In this document: piece by piece, positions 1-9,895 of the stretch
Layout: each line of letters opens with the position of its first letter
Numbering within the stretch: the stretch's first letter is position 1
Assembly: GCA_040389625.1 (NCBI GenBank)
Contig: JAZJZQ010000084.1
Coordinates: 31,429-95,428, forward strand
DNA: 64,000 nt
Source of the DNA: Pseudomonadota bacterium
GTDB lineage: Bacteria > Pseudomonadota > Gammaproteobacteria > Burkholderiales > Burkholderiaceae_D
Reading direction: 5' to 3'
Program-made: the position numbers and the translations under genes
Notes under the pieces: model-generated
What the model was told of the DNA's origin: nothing
The model's database searches: none
Seen by the model: only the letters and a program-made list of their open reading frames with translations

Positions 1-26
1 ACCCATAAATCGAACAGGAGACTTGA

Positions 27-1640
27 ATGATGAATAATAAAAATCCGGCACCGGAGCTGCCAGGCGCAAACGACGCCGCCATCCCGGCCGATACCGTTGG
101 CCAGTTACTGTCGGCGGCATCGTCCCGGCATGGCGAGCGCACCGCGTATATCGACCAAGGCCAGGCTTACACCTTCCGTGACGTCGAAGCGGCCGCGGAC
201 GCGTTCGCGGCCCGGCTCACTGGCCTGGGGGTGAAAAAAGGCGAGCGCCTGGCCGTGATCGCATTGAACCAGATCGAATGGGTGGTCGCGTTCTTCGCCG
301 CTGCGCGTGTCGGGGCCGTCGTTGTCGGATTGAACGTGCGCTACCGGGAAACCGAGCTTGATCACATGCTGGGGGACAGCAAGGCAAGCGTGATGATTTC
401 TCTGGCCGACTATGGCGGCTTCGATTACCAGGCCTACTTCGCGGGCCGCCGCGACAAATTGCCGCAGCTGCGCCACCATGTGCTGGTCGGCGCCCCGGGG
501 GAAGAGGGGCGCCCGGCGTTCCGCGCCGGCGAGGGCTGCGAGGCGGCATGGTCCGCGGCGCCTCCGGCGCCCGCGTCCGGCGCTGCCGTCGCACCGGACG
601 ACATGTTGATGATCATCTATACGTCCGGAACGACCGGCTTGCCCAAGGGAGTGGGGCTGTCGCACCGCTCCGCGCTGCAGGCGTCCCGGGCGCAGGCGCG
701 CCACATCGGCGCCGTGCCGGACGACCTGATCCAGCTGGCCAATCCACTCAACCATGTCGGCGGCATCACCTGTGGCATCTTGACTTTCCTGATAGGCGGC
801 GGATGTTGCGAACTGGTCCCCGTGTTCAAATCCGACACGGTCATCGAGATGATGTCGCACCATCCCCCGACCGTCATCAGCGGCGTTCCCACCATGTTGA
901 CACTGCTGATGATGCATCCTCGCATCGGGACCGTGGACCTGCAACGGGTCCGGCTGATCTTCACCGGTGGCGCCAACGCGGACGAGGCGCTGTTGGGGCG
1001 ACTCGGCGAGATGGTCCCCAATGCGCGGCTGATGAACCTGTATGGTTTGACGGAATCGTCGGGTGCCATCGTCATGACGCCCTGGGACGCGCAGCAGGAG
1101 GAATTGCTGCATTCCATCGGCAAGCCGCTGGAGGGCGCCGAGGTCAGAATCGCGCTGGCCGATGGGCGTCCTGCCCAAGCCGGCGAACCGGGCGAACTTT
1201 GGCTGCGCGGCCTGGGCGTGGTCGGCTGCTATCTCGATGCGGGTCGGGACGGCGGCACCTTCGACCGCGATGGCTGGCTGCATACGGGCGATCTGGGCTA
1301 TGTCGATGGGCGCGGCTATGTCTACTTGCTCGGCCGATCCAAGGACATGTACATCCAGGGGGGATTCAATGTCTACCCAGCGGAGACGGAAGGCGTGATT
1401 TGCAACTATCCCGGCGTGGTGCAGGTGGCCGGCATCGGCGTGCCCGACCCGGTGCTGGGAGAAATCGGCCGGTATTACGTGGTGCGAAAACCAGGCGGTA
1501 CCTGCTCGGAGCAGGACATCATCGATTACTGCAAGCAGCGCCTGGCCGATTACAAGGTGCCGCGCCAGGTCGTGTTCCGGGACGCGTTGCCGCAGACGCC
1601 CGCCGGCAAGGTGCAGAAATCCGTCCTGCGCGGGGAGTAG
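27..1640 (+). CDS. AMP-dependent acyl-CoA synthetase (class I adenylate-forming)
   Basis: YTSGTTGLPKG P-loop, YGLTE, WLHTGDLG, GRSKDM and terminal GKVQK motifs; CAGGAG RBS upstream. Confidence 0.92.
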   Translation: MMNNKNPAPELPGANDAAIPADTVGQLLSAASSRHGERTAYIDQGQAYTFRDVEAAADAFAARLTGLGVKKGERLAVIALNQIEWVVAFFAAARVGAVVVGLNVRYRETELDHMLGDSKASVMISLADYGGFDYQAYFAGRRDKLPQLRHHVLVGAPGEEGRPAFRAGEGCEAAWSAAPPAPASGAAVAPDDMLMIIYTSGTTGLPKGVGLSHRSALQASRAQARHIGAVPDDLIQLANPLNHVGGITCGILTFLIGGGCCELVPVFKSDTVIEMMSHHPPTVISGVPTMLTLLMMHPRIGTVDLQRVRLIFTGGANADEALLGRLGEMVPNARLMNLYGLTESSGAIVMTPWDAQQEELLHSIGKPLEGAEVRIALADGRPAQAGEPGELWLRGLGVVGCYLDAGRDGGTFDRDGWLHTGDLGYVDGRGYVYLLGRSKDMYIQGGFNVYPAETEGVICNYPGVVQVAGIGVPDPVLGEIGRYYVVRKPGGTCSEQDIIDYCKQRLADYKVPRQVVFRDALPQTPAGKVQKSVLRGE

Positions 1641-1660
1641 CGCCGATACCATAGTGAACC

Positions 1661-1680
1661 TATCAAGCACTTGCTTGGTA
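1661..1680. promoter_or_regulatory. Imperfect palindrome TATCAAGCACTTGCTTGGTA, candidate TetR (AtuR-like) operator 1
   Basis: CAAGCA-CT-TGCTTG inverted repeat in an AT-rich intergenic region; near-identical copy at 1734. Confidence 0.7.
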
Positions 1681-1733
1681 TAGGCCTAGTATATTATCTA
1701 TGCCGTACTGGCGAGTGATAAGATATTTCAATC

Positions 1734-1753
1734 TACCAAGCACTTGCTTTGTA
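1734..1753. promoter_or_regulatory. Imperfect palindrome TACCAAGCACTTGCTTTGTA, candidate TetR operator 2
   Basis: Second copy of the 20-bp palindrome, 73 bp after the first and upstream of the AraC-TetR pair. Confidence 0.7.
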
Positions 1754-1889
1754 ATTGAGCCTGTGTCAATCTGTTTGATAGGCACTGGGAACCTGGCAAT
1801 TTGCGGCGGGCAAATTGGTCAGGATAAAAAGCGGAGACAAGTCGCGACGGTGGGGCAGGGCGCCACGGCGCGATGGCAAGGAGAACGAC

Positions 1890-2729
1890 ATGATGCAGGG
1901 AGAGCGGCTGAAAAGCGCGCAAACAATGGCAATATCTGCTGAGCAGGCGGAACGGATGATGCTGATCACGTGCGGGCGCGTCGCCTACATCGGCCTGCTG
2001 GGGCGCCCGCAAGTGCGGGAGTTCGGGGCGTTGACGGTGTACGTCTCGCTGAGCGCGCCATTCCAGATCCAGGTTGGCGAGCGCCCCTGGGAGAGCGCCG
2101 AAATGTATGTGGTGGCGCCCGATACGCCCCATCGCATCACCACCAGCGACCGTCTGATCGGCCTGATCCTGGTGGAAACGGAAACCATCGCGCTTGCCTC
2201 CTTGCCCGCGTGGCTGCAGCCCAGTGGCGATGCAAGCCAATGCTTGCCGGGCCTGGCACAGGTGCGTAACGCCTTTCATCGATTGTGCAACAGGCAGGTG
2301 CACATCGCCACGATCCAGGAAGATTTCGACGGCTATTTCTTCGGCCAGCAATTCGTGGCCCGCAAGCTCGACGCGCGCATGGCGGTGGTGGTCGATCGCA
2401 TCAGGCATGACCCCTGCGGATTGATCGGCGCGGAAGAATGCGCAAAACTGGTGGACCTGTCGTTTTCCCGCTTCCTGCACCTGTTCAGGGAGGAGGTCGG
2501 CACCACGTTCCGTAGTTTCCGTGCCTGGAAGCGGGCCCGTAGCTTCCTGTGGTACGTCAATACCGCTGCCAGTCTGACGGACGTCGCGCTCGATATCGGC
2601 TATCCCGATTCGTCGCACTTCAGCCATACAGTGCGCCGGTACTGGGGCTTGACGCCCAAGGATATCCTGGCTGGCTCGCGCCGCCTGGCCGTCATCCACC
2701 ATAATTTTGAGCCGGTCGTCGCGGCCTGA
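1890..2729 (+). CDS. AraC-family transcriptional regulator
   Basis: C-terminal double HTH (LSFSRFLHLFREEVG; LTDVALDIGYPDSSHFSHTVRRYWGLTP); start set at ATG 1890 after AAGGAG. Confidence 0.9.
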   Translation: MMQGERLKSAQTMAISAEQAERMMLITCGRVAYIGLLGRPQVREFGALTVYVSLSAPFQIQVGERPWESAEMYVVAPDTPHRITTSDRLIGLILVETETIALASLPAWLQPSGDASQCLPGLAQVRNAFHRLCNRQVHIATIQEDFDGYFFGQQFVARKLDARMAVVVDRIRHDPCGLIGAEECAKLVDLSFSRFLHLFREEVGTTFRSFRAWKRARSFLWYVNTAASLTDVALDIGYPDSSHFSHTVRRYWGLTPKDILAGSRRLAVIHHNFEPVVAA

Positions 2730-2731
2730 GC

Positions 2732-3379
2732 ATGAAAAGCGACTACACGACGGACGGGCCGGAAGCGACGCCTGCAAGCGGGCCCACGACCCGGCGCGGG
2801 CGCGGCAAGCGGGCGTCGGACACGACGATTCCGCGCGATCGCATCCTGCATGCCGCGGCCCGGTTGTTCCACGAGCGCGGTTACCAGGGCACCAAGGTGC
2901 GCGATATCGCGGAAGCGGTCGGTATCCTGTCCGGCAGCCTGTTCTATCACTTCCGCTCCAAGGATGAGATGCTGTTCGAGATCATGCGCGAAACGGCCCT
3001 CAGCCTGTGCCTGCGCGCGGAGGATGTCGTGCAGCGGACCGGGGATCCGGCCGCCCGCCTGCAACAGATCATCGATATGGAACTCGCGTGGATGGTCAGT
3101 GACGTCAAGAAGGATTATCTTGCCGTGCTGGTGTTCGAATGGCGCGAAGTGCCGGAACCGTTGAAGGCGGAATTCACCCGCCTGCGGACGCGCTACAACG
3201 GGATTTGGCTGGACGCGCTGTCGGACTATGCCCGCCTGTGTCCCTTGCGTATTCCCGTCGATGCGGCCGCGCACATCCTGCACGGTGCGCTGATGGGCGC
3301 CATGACCTGGTTCCGCGCCTCGGGCCGCTACAGCGCGCCGGAATTTCGCGACATGCTGCTCAAGCTCATCGTGGCGTGA
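2732..3379 (+). CDS. atuR: TetR-family repressor, AtuR-like
   Basis: TetR HTH (AARLFHERGYQGTKVRDIAEAVGILSGSLFYHFRSK); C-terminal AVLVFEWR...WLDAL...GALMGAMTWFR resembles AtuR; lies beside atu-like genes. Confidence 0.75.
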   Translation: MKSDYTTDGPEATPASGPTTRRGRGKRASDTTIPRDRILHAAARLFHERGYQGTKVRDIAEAVGILSGSLFYHFRSKDEMLFEIMRETALSLCLRAEDVVQRTGDPAARLQQIIDMELAWMVSDVKKDYLAVLVFEWREVPEPLKAEFTRLRTRYNGIWLDALSDYARLCPLRIPVDAAAHILHGALMGAMTWFRASGRYSAPEFRDMLLKLIVA

Positions 3380-3531
3380 TCGGCAGCGGGTGCGTCCGGT
3401 GCGGCACCATTGAGCCCGCGGCGCAGCCAATTGGCACAAGATTGTCGCTCCCTCAGCTGTTAACCTGATGCATGAACGTGCTTGTCAGCGCGCTAGTCAT
3501 AACGATCAGGTCTAATAGAGGAGTCAACAAC

Positions 3532-4716
3532 ATGAATGAAGCCGTCATTGTCGCCACGGCGCGTACCCCCATCGGCCGCGCTTTTCGCGGCGCGCTGAAC
3601 AATACAAAGTCCCCGACCTTGCTGGGGCATGCGATTCAGCATGCGGTCAAGCGGGCCGGCATCGACGGTGCCGACGTCGACGACCTGGTGATGGGCACCG
3701 TGTTGGCGGCGGGCACCGCCGGCATGAACCTGGCCCGTTACGCCGGTATCGCGGCGGGCCTGCCGCTAAGCGTGCCGGGACAAACCATGGACCGCCAGTG
3801 CTCGTCCGGTCTGATGGCCATTGCGACGGCGGCGAAACAGATCATCGTCGATGGCATGCGGATTGTGGTCGCGGGCGGCCATGAGAACATCTCGGCGGTG
3901 CAGGGCCGCTATATGGAATGGGCCGCCGCGGAAGCCGATCCTATGGTCCTGCGACAAGCCGTGCATGCCTACTTGCCGATGTTGCAGACGGCCGAAATTG
4001 TCGCGAAAAAATACGGCATTTCCCGCGAAGCGCAGGACGCGTACGCGCTCGCCTCGCAACAGCGCACGGCGCTGGCGCAGCAACTCGGCCGGTTTGACGA
4101 TGAAATCGTGCCGATCACCACCGACATGGCCATCCAGGACAAGGAAACCAAGGCGTTGTCGTACCAGACGGTGACGTTGGCGCGGGACGAAGGGAACCGT
4201 CCCGAGACGACGCTGGCAAGCTTGCTGGCATTGAAACCGGTCATCGAAGGCGGTTCTGTCACCGGCGGCAATGCCAGCCAGTTGTCCGACGGCGCGTCGG
4301 CCTGCGTGGTGATGGATGGCCGCACGGCCGAGCGCAAGGGCCTCAATCCGCTGGGCATCTACCGTGGCATGGCGGTGGCCGGCTGCGCGCCGGAGGAAAT
4401 GGGCATTGGCCCGATTTATGCGATTCCGAAACTGCTCAAGCAGCACGGATTGACGGTGGACGACATCGGCCTGTGGGAATTGAACGAAGCTTTCGCATGC
4501 CAGGCCTTGTATTGCCGCGACCAGCTCGGCATCGACCCGGAAAAGTACAACGTCAATGGTGGCGGTATCTCGATCGGCCATCCCTACGGCATGACGGGCG
4601 CCCGCCTGGTGGGCCATGTGCTGCTCGAGGGCAAGCGCCGGAACGTGAAGTACGCGGTGGTCGCCATGTGCGTGGGCGGCGGCATGGGTGCCGCCGGACT
4701 GTTCGAGATCGTCTGA
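3532..4716 (+). CDS. Acetyl-CoA C-acyltransferase (thiolase)
   Basis: RQCSSG catalytic Cys, [13 protein letters not shown] and CVGGGMG motifs; start at ATG 3532 after GAGGAG. Confidence 0.95.
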   Translation: MNEAVIVATARTPIGRAFRGALNNTKSPTLLGHAIQHAVKRAGIDGADVDDLVMGTVLAAGTAGMNLARYAGIAAGLPLSVPGQTMDRQCSSGLMAIATAAKQIIVDGMRIVVAGGHENISAVQGRYMEWAAAEADPMVLRQAVHAYLPMLQTAEIVAKKYGISREAQDAYALASQQRTALAQQLGRFDDEIVPITTDMAIQDKETKALSYQTVTLARDEGNRPETTLASLLALKPVIEGGSVTGGNASQLSDGASACVVMDGRTAERKGLNPLGIYRGMAVAGCAPEEMGIGPIYAIPKLLKQHGLTVDDIGLWELNEAFACQALYCRDQLGIDPEKYNVNGGGISIGHPYGMTGARLVGHVLLEGKRRNVKYAVVAMCVGGGMGAAGLFEIV

Positions 4717-4736
4717 GCGCGATAGTCGGGGAGAAA

Positions 4737-6311
4737 ATGATGAATTTTGCAACATTGAACGATATCCTGCCCTATCACGTTGCCGCTCGGCCCGATGCGA
4801 CGGCGATCGGCACCGACGACCGTCATGTCAGCTTTCGCGCGCTGGAGCAGTGCGTCAACCGCATCGGCAATGGCTTGCGGGAACTGGGCGTGCGGCCCGG
4901 CGACCGCGTCGCCTGCCTGACCAAGCATCACACCGAGTGCCTGATGCTGTTGCTGGCGGCATGCAAGATCGGCGCGGTCTGCATGCCCGTAAACTGGCGC
5001 CTGTCAGCGCCGGAAGTCGAATATGTCGTCAATAACGGCGAAGCGCGCTTCCTGATGGTGGACGCGGCCTTCCTGCCGGTGGTCGGGCAAGCGCAATTGC
5101 CGGGCGTGTTGCAAACAGTCTGTACCGAGCAGGACGCGAGCGGCCTGCCAGGCTTTGCATCCTGGTATGGCGGGGCCGATGCCAGCCTGGAGGCGGTGCC
5201 GGCCGAGCCTGGCGAAACGGCGTTGCAACTCTATTCCTCGGGCACGACGGGTTTTCCGAAAGGGGTGGAGTTATCGCATCGCGCGCTGCTATCGACCTGC
5301 CGCACCTGCGCCGACGCGTGGCAGTTTGACGGCGCCGGTATCTTCGGCAATCCCTTGCCTACCTTCCATGTCGCCGGCATCGCCATGCTGTTGCTGCCCT
5401 TGTATGCCGGCGGGCGCACCGTGGCTTTTGCGGAATTCGATCCATCGGCCTTCATCGCCAGTATCGGACGCCACGGTATCAGCCATACATTCGTGGTGCC
5501 GGCCATGTTGCAGTTCATGTTGAATGCCCCCAACGTGGCCGAAGGCAAGTTCGAGGGCTTGCGCCAGATCGCTTATGGCGGTTCGCCTATCAGTGAACGG
5601 CTGCTGCAGGACGCGATGCGGGTATTTCAGTGCGGCTTCCTGCAGGTCTATGGCCTGACCGAAGTGGCGGGGCCTGCCACCTTCCTGCGGTCGGAAGACC
5701 ACGAGCCGGGCGGGCCGCGCGCATATCTGTTGCGTTCGGCCGGACAAGCGGTCGGGGGCGGACGGTTGCGTATCGTCGACCCGGCCACGCTGGAGGATGC
5801 GCCGGATGGCGAGGTGGGGGAGATCTGGATCCAGTCCATCCGCAACTTCAACGGCTATTGGCGCAACCCGGAAGCGACAGCCGAAGCGTTCCCGCATGGG
5901 CGCGACGCGGCGGGGGGATGGTTCCGCTCGGGCGATATCGGTTACCTGAAGGACGGTTACCTGTTCATCCATGACCGGGTCAAGGACATGATCATCTCCG
6001 GTGGTGAAAATATCTATCCGGCCGAAGTCGAGAACATCATCATGCAACATCCGGCCGTGGCCGATTGCGCGGTGTTCGCCGTCCCTGACGACAAATGGGG
6101 CGAGGCCGTCAAAGCGGCCGTGGTCGTGCGTTCGGGGCAAGCACTGGAGGCGCAGGAATTGATTACCTTCGTGCGGGAGCGGATGGCCCATTACAAATGT
6201 CCGAAAACCGTGGACTTCGCCGAGACCCTGCCGCGCAACCCGACCGGGAAACTGCTGAAGCGGGTGTTGCGCCAGCCCTATTGGGAGGGGCGCGACAAGC
6301 TTGTCAGCTGA
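4737..6311 (+). CDS. Long-chain fatty acid-CoA ligase
   Basis: YSSGTTGFPKG, YGLTE, WFRSGDIG, DRVKDMIISGGENIYPAEVE and PRNPTGKLLK motifs. Confidence 0.93.
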   Translation: MMNFATLNDILPYHVAARPDATAIGTDDRHVSFRALEQCVNRIGNGLRELGVRPGDRVACLTKHHTECLMLLLAACKIGAVCMPVNWRLSAPEVEYVVNNGEARFLMVDAAFLPVVGQAQLPGVLQTVCTEQDASGLPGFASWYGGADASLEAVPAEPGETALQLYSSGTTGFPKGVELSHRALLSTCRTCADAWQFDGAGIFGNPLPTFHVAGIAMLLLPLYAGGRTVAFAEFDPSAFIASIGRHGISHTFVVPAMLQFMLNAPNVAEGKFEGLRQIAYGGSPISERLLQDAMRVFQCGFLQVYGLTEVAGPATFLRSEDHEPGGPRAYLLRSAGQAVGGGRLRIVDPATLEDAPDGEVGEIWIQSIRNFNGYWRNPEATAEAFPHGRDAAGGWFRSGDIGYLKDGYLFIHDRVKDMIISGGENIYPAEVENIIMQHPAVADCAVFAVPDDKWGEAVKAAVVVRSGQALEAQELITFVRERMAHYKCPKTVDFAETLPRNPTGKLLKRVLRQPYWEGRDKLVS

Positions 6312-6395
6312 GGCTGTCGAGCCGCCGTCTCCAGGGCAGTCGCGCTCGACGCGATGCGATTGCCCTCTTTTTTGATTACCGACCCGAGGAACGAC

Positions 6396-7220
6396 ATGCA
6401 AGACGTATGTGCTGATCTGCTAGAGGAATACCAGGAACTGGACGCGCTGGCGGCCCGACTGACGCCGCAGCAATGGCAAACCAGGACCGCCTTCCACGAC
6501 TGGACGCCGTGGGATGAAATCGCTCACTTGTGCCTGTTCGATGAAACCGGTTTGCTGGCCGCCACCGATGGCAATGCATTTGCCGCCGATGCGCGCGCGC
6601 TGACGGCGGCGCTCGCGAACGGCCGGCAGTTCAGCGAGTTGGCCCGGGAAAAATATCAGGCGCTGGATGGACCGGCCCTGCTGGCGCACTGGCGCGGCCG
6701 GTACACGGCGCTGGTGGCGACGCTGGCGGCGTTGGATACGCGCGCGCGCTTGCCCTGGTATGGACCGACCATGAGCGCCCGTTCGTTTGCCACCGCCCGC
6801 ATGATGGAAACCTGGGCCCACGGGCAGGATGTGTTTGACGCCATGGGCGTGCGGCGCCAGCCATCGCACCGGCTGAAACACATCGCCCATATCGGCGTGA
6901 CGACGTTTGGCTGGACCTTTGTCAACCGCAAGCTCGCCGTGCCGGAGCCGGCGCCATACGTGGAACTGAGCGCGCCCGGCGACGAGACCTGGACCTGGAA
7001 CGAGCCATCGACGGCCAATGCCGTGCGCGGCAGCGCGGAGGATTTCTGCCTGGTCGTGACGCAGCGCCGCAACGTCCTTGACACGGCGCTGCAGGTCAGC
7101 GGTGACGCGGCCACGCAATGGCTGGCCATCGCCCAATGTTTCGCCGGGCCGCCGGCCACGCCGCCCGCGCCGGGTACGCGTGGCGTACGCTGCGAGGGCG
7201 CAAATGCCAATGCGGTATAG
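6396..7220 (+). CDS. TIGR03084-like protein (DinB/MDMPI N-terminal metal-binding domain plus wyosine-formation-like C-terminal domain)
   Basis: WTPWDEIAHL, RLPWYGPTMSARSFATARMMETWAHGQD and DFCLVVTQRR motifs; GAGGA RBS. Confidence 0.75.
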   Translation: MQDVCADLLEEYQELDALAARLTPQQWQTRTAFHDWTPWDEIAHLCLFDETGLLAATDGNAFAADARALTAALANGRQFSELAREKYQALDGPALLAHWRGRYTALVATLAALDTRARLPWYGPTMSARSFATARMMETWAHGQDVFDAMGVRRQPSHRLKHIAHIGVTTFGWTFVNRKLAVPEPAPYVELSAPGDETWTWNEPSTANAVRGSAEDFCLVVTQRRNVLDTALQVSGDAATQWLAIAQCFAGPPATPPAPGTRGVRCEGANANAV

Positions 7221-7229
7221 GCGGCGGCC

Positions 7230-8102
7230 ATGAGCGACGAAGGCTTGCCGCTGACGCTGGCGTTGTGCGGGGAAATCGAGCCCCGTTTGCGCGCGCTGCG
7301 CGCCGCCTGCGGCGACCAGGCGCTGTCGGACTATGCATTTTCCAACCTGTATCTGTTCCGGCATGCGCACGCCTACCGCTATCTGCCCGGCGCGCTGCCT
7401 TGCATCAAGGGCATCACCTATGACGGCGCCAGCCACCTGTTGCCGCTGTTCGATCCGGGGCAGGCGACGGCGGACCAGCTGGCCGAGCTCCTGAGCGGGC
7501 ATGACTGCCTGTTCCCCGTCGCGGAACCGCTGCTCGCCTGCCTGGACCCTGGCCGCTTCTGCTGGAGCGATCTGGCCGGAGACGCGGACTACGTCTATCC
7601 GGCCGAGAATTTCCGCAGCTATCGCGGGGAGCTGCTGCGCAAGAAGCGCAACCTGATGCGGCAATTGTTGGCGACCAGCACTATCGTTGCGCGGCCGTTG
7701 ACGGACGACACCGTGGGGGGCGCGCTGGCGGTGCTGGACGCCTGGCTGCGCGACAAGGATAAACACGCCGGCGACGCCGACGACAGCGCCTGCCGGGAAG
7801 CGCTCCGGCAGCATGCTCAGCATGGCCTGGAGGGCCAGGTCTATTATGCGGATGGGGTGCCGGCCGGATTTTTCCTGGCACAGCCATTCACGCCGGCCGT
7901 TGCCGTGATGCGCTTTGCCAAGGGCAACGACGCATACAAGGGCATCTACCAGTACATGTTCCATCACTATTGCATCAGCCGCCCCGGCCTGCAATGGCTG
8001 AACTTCGAACAAGACCTCGGCATGGCGAATTTCCGTCAAACCAAGCGCTCCTACCAGCCTTCGGCCATGTTGCGCAAATTCCGCGTCCGCTTGCGCGCCT
8101 GA
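7230..8102 (+). CDS. DUF2156 / LPG-synthase C-terminal-like GNAT protein
   Basis: DYAFSNLYLF, DYVY, KKRNLMRQ, KGIYQY and NFEQDLGMANFRQTKRSYQP match the DUF2156 pattern. Confidence 0.7.
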   Translation: MSDEGLPLTLALCGEIEPRLRALRAACGDQALSDYAFSNLYLFRHAHAYRYLPGALPCIKGITYDGASHLLPLFDPGQATADQLAELLSGHDCLFPVAEPLLACLDPGRFCWSDLAGDADYVYPAENFRSYRGELLRKKRNLMRQLLATSTIVARPLTDDTVGGALAVLDAWLRDKDKHAGDADDSACREALRQHAQHGLEGQVYYADGVPAGFFLAQPFTPAVAVMRFAKGNDAYKGIYQYMFHHYCISRPGLQWLNFEQDLGMANFRQTKRSYQPSAMLRKFRVRLRA

Positions 8103-8131
8103 TTGCCGCCCCGGGCAAGCTACCAGCCACT

Positions 8132-8142
8132 TTACGCAAGAC
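8132..8142 (+). promoter_or_regulatory. Recurrent motif TTACGCAAGAC upstream of atuC
   Basis: TGACGCAAGAC also occurs at 19232-19242 (-) and 20785-20795 (+), each 90-150 bp upstream of a gene start and in the same orientation as that gene. Confidence 0.35.
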
Positions 8143-8246
8143 GCCCGGCGTCCCCGCGAGTAACTTACACCTACACCGCAAAACACCGCGCGACGCGCTT
8201 TGCGTGTAGCGCATTTGCGTTCCGGCCCACTTACATCAGATAAAAC

Positions 8247-9866
8247 ATGGCTATCATAGAAACCAATATTGCCACCGGTAGCGAGACATTCCAGTCCAAC
8301 CGTAGCGGCATGCTGTCCCTGCTGGGAAAAGTTCGTGAGCTCGAAGAGCGCACACGTCAGGCTTCGGCGGCGTCGAAAGCTCGCTTTGAAAAGCGCGCGC
8401 AATTGCTCCCCCGCGAGCGCTTGTCACTGCTGCTGGACCATGGAACGCCGTTCCTGGAATTGTCGACCTTGGCCGGCTATTGCATGGACAATGCGGATCC
8501 CGATAAGAGCGTGGCCGGCGGCGGCGTGATCGCGGGCATCGGTTATGTCTCCGGTGTGCGCTGCATGGTGTGCGCTTCCGATTCCGGCATCGAGGCCGGC
8601 GCCTTGCAGCCCAAGGGCCTCGATAAGCAGTTGCGCGCCCAGGAGCTGGCGCTGGACAACAAGCTGCCCTATATCCAGCTGGTCGAAAGCGCGGGCGCCA
8701 ACCTGATGGCGTACCGGGTCGAAGAGTTCGTGCGTGGCGGCAACCTGTTCCGCAACCTTGCCCGTCTGTCCGCCGCCGGTCTGCCGGTGGTGACGGTGAC
8801 GCACGGTTCGTCCACCGCGGGCGGCGCTTACCAGACTGGCTTGTCGGACTACATCATCATGGTGCGGGGCCGCTCGCGGGCCTTCCTGGCCGGGCCGCCG
8901 CTGCTGCGCGCCGCGACGGGCGAGATCGCCACCGAAGAGGAGCTGGGCGGGGCGGAGATGCACACCGGGATTTCCGGCCTGGGCGACTATCTTGCCGAGG
9001 ACGATCGCGATGCCTTGCGCATCGCGCGCGAGATCATGGCGAAAATCGAGTGGAACCGCGGTGTGTCGCAGGCCACGCCGCCGGCCAACAAGCCGCCGCG
9101 CTACGCGGCCGAAGAACTGCTCGGCGTGATGGCCATGGACCACAGGCGTCCGGCCGATATGAAGGAAGTGATCGCCCGTATCGTCGACGACTCCGATTTC
9201 CTGGAATTCGGCGAGCGCTATGGCTCGGCCACGGTGTGCGGCCATGCCATGCTGGACGGCCACCCGATCGGCATCATCACCAACAATGGGCCGATCAACC
9301 CGGCCGGCGCGGCCAAGGCCACGCACTTCATCCAGGCCTGCTGCCAGGCCCAGGTGCCCATCCTGTACCTGAACAATACCACCGGCTTCATGGTCGGCCG
9401 CAGCTACGAGGAAGCGGGCAGCATCAAGCACGGTTCCAAGATGATACAGGCGGTCACCAATGCCACCGTTCCGCAGATCACGATCTATTGCGGGGCCTCG
9501 TTCGGTGCCGGCAACTACGGCATGTGCGGCCGCGGCTTCCATCCACGCTTCTGCTTCTCCTGGCCCAATGCCAAGACGGCCGTGATGGGCGGCGAGCAGG
9601 CGGCGCAGACCATGTTGATCGTCACGGAAGCGGCGATGAAACGCAAGGGCGAAGTCGACCACGACAAGCTCGAATCGCTGCGGCGCAAGATCGTGGACAA
9701 TTTCGACCGCCAGATGGACGTGTTCACCACCAGCGCCCATGTGCTCGATGACGGCGTCATCGATCCGCGCGACACGCGCTCTATCCTGTCCTACGTGTTG
9801 TCGATCTGCCGCGAGGCGAAAGCGCGCGAACCTCACGCGATGCAGTTCTCCGTCGCCCGTCCCTGA
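8247..9866 (+). CDS. atuC: Geranyl-CoA carboxylase-like carboxyltransferase (beta) subunit
   Basis: LPRERL, LVESAGANL, GSSTAGGAY, GAGNYGMCGR and AVMGGEQAA motifs; adjacent to atuD/atuF. Confidence 0.85.
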   Translation: MAIIETNIATGSETFQSNRSGMLSLLGKVRELEERTRQASAASKARFEKRAQLLPRERLSLLLDHGTPFLELSTLAGYCMDNADPDKSVAGGGVIAGIGYVSGVRCMVCASDSGIEAGALQPKGLDKQLRAQELALDNKLPYIQLVESAGANLMAYRVEEFVRGGNLFRNLARLSAAGLPVVTVTHGSSTAGGAYQTGLSDYIIMVRGRSRAFLAGPPLLRAATGEIATEEELGGAEMHTGISGLGDYLAEDDRDALRIAREIMAKIEWNRGVSQATPPANKPPRYAAEELLGVMAMDHRRPADMKEVIARIVDDSDFLEFGERYGSATVCGHAMLDGHPIGIITNNGPINPAGAAKATHFIQACCQAQVPILYLNNTTGFMVGRSYEEAGSIKHGSKMIQAVTNATVPQITIYCGASFGAGNYGMCGRGFHPRFCFSWPNAKTAVMGGEQAAQTMLIVTEAAMKRKGEVDHDKLESLRRKIVDNFDRQMDVFTTSAHVLDDGVIDPRDTRSILSYVLSICREAKAREPHAMQFSVARP

Positions 9867-9895
9867 GTTGCGGCGCCCTACAGGAGTTCATTCAG

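Noticed and set aside
3432-3448. TGGCAC sigma-54-like sites (also near 20823 and 31498)
   Set aside because: No GC at the required -12 spacing
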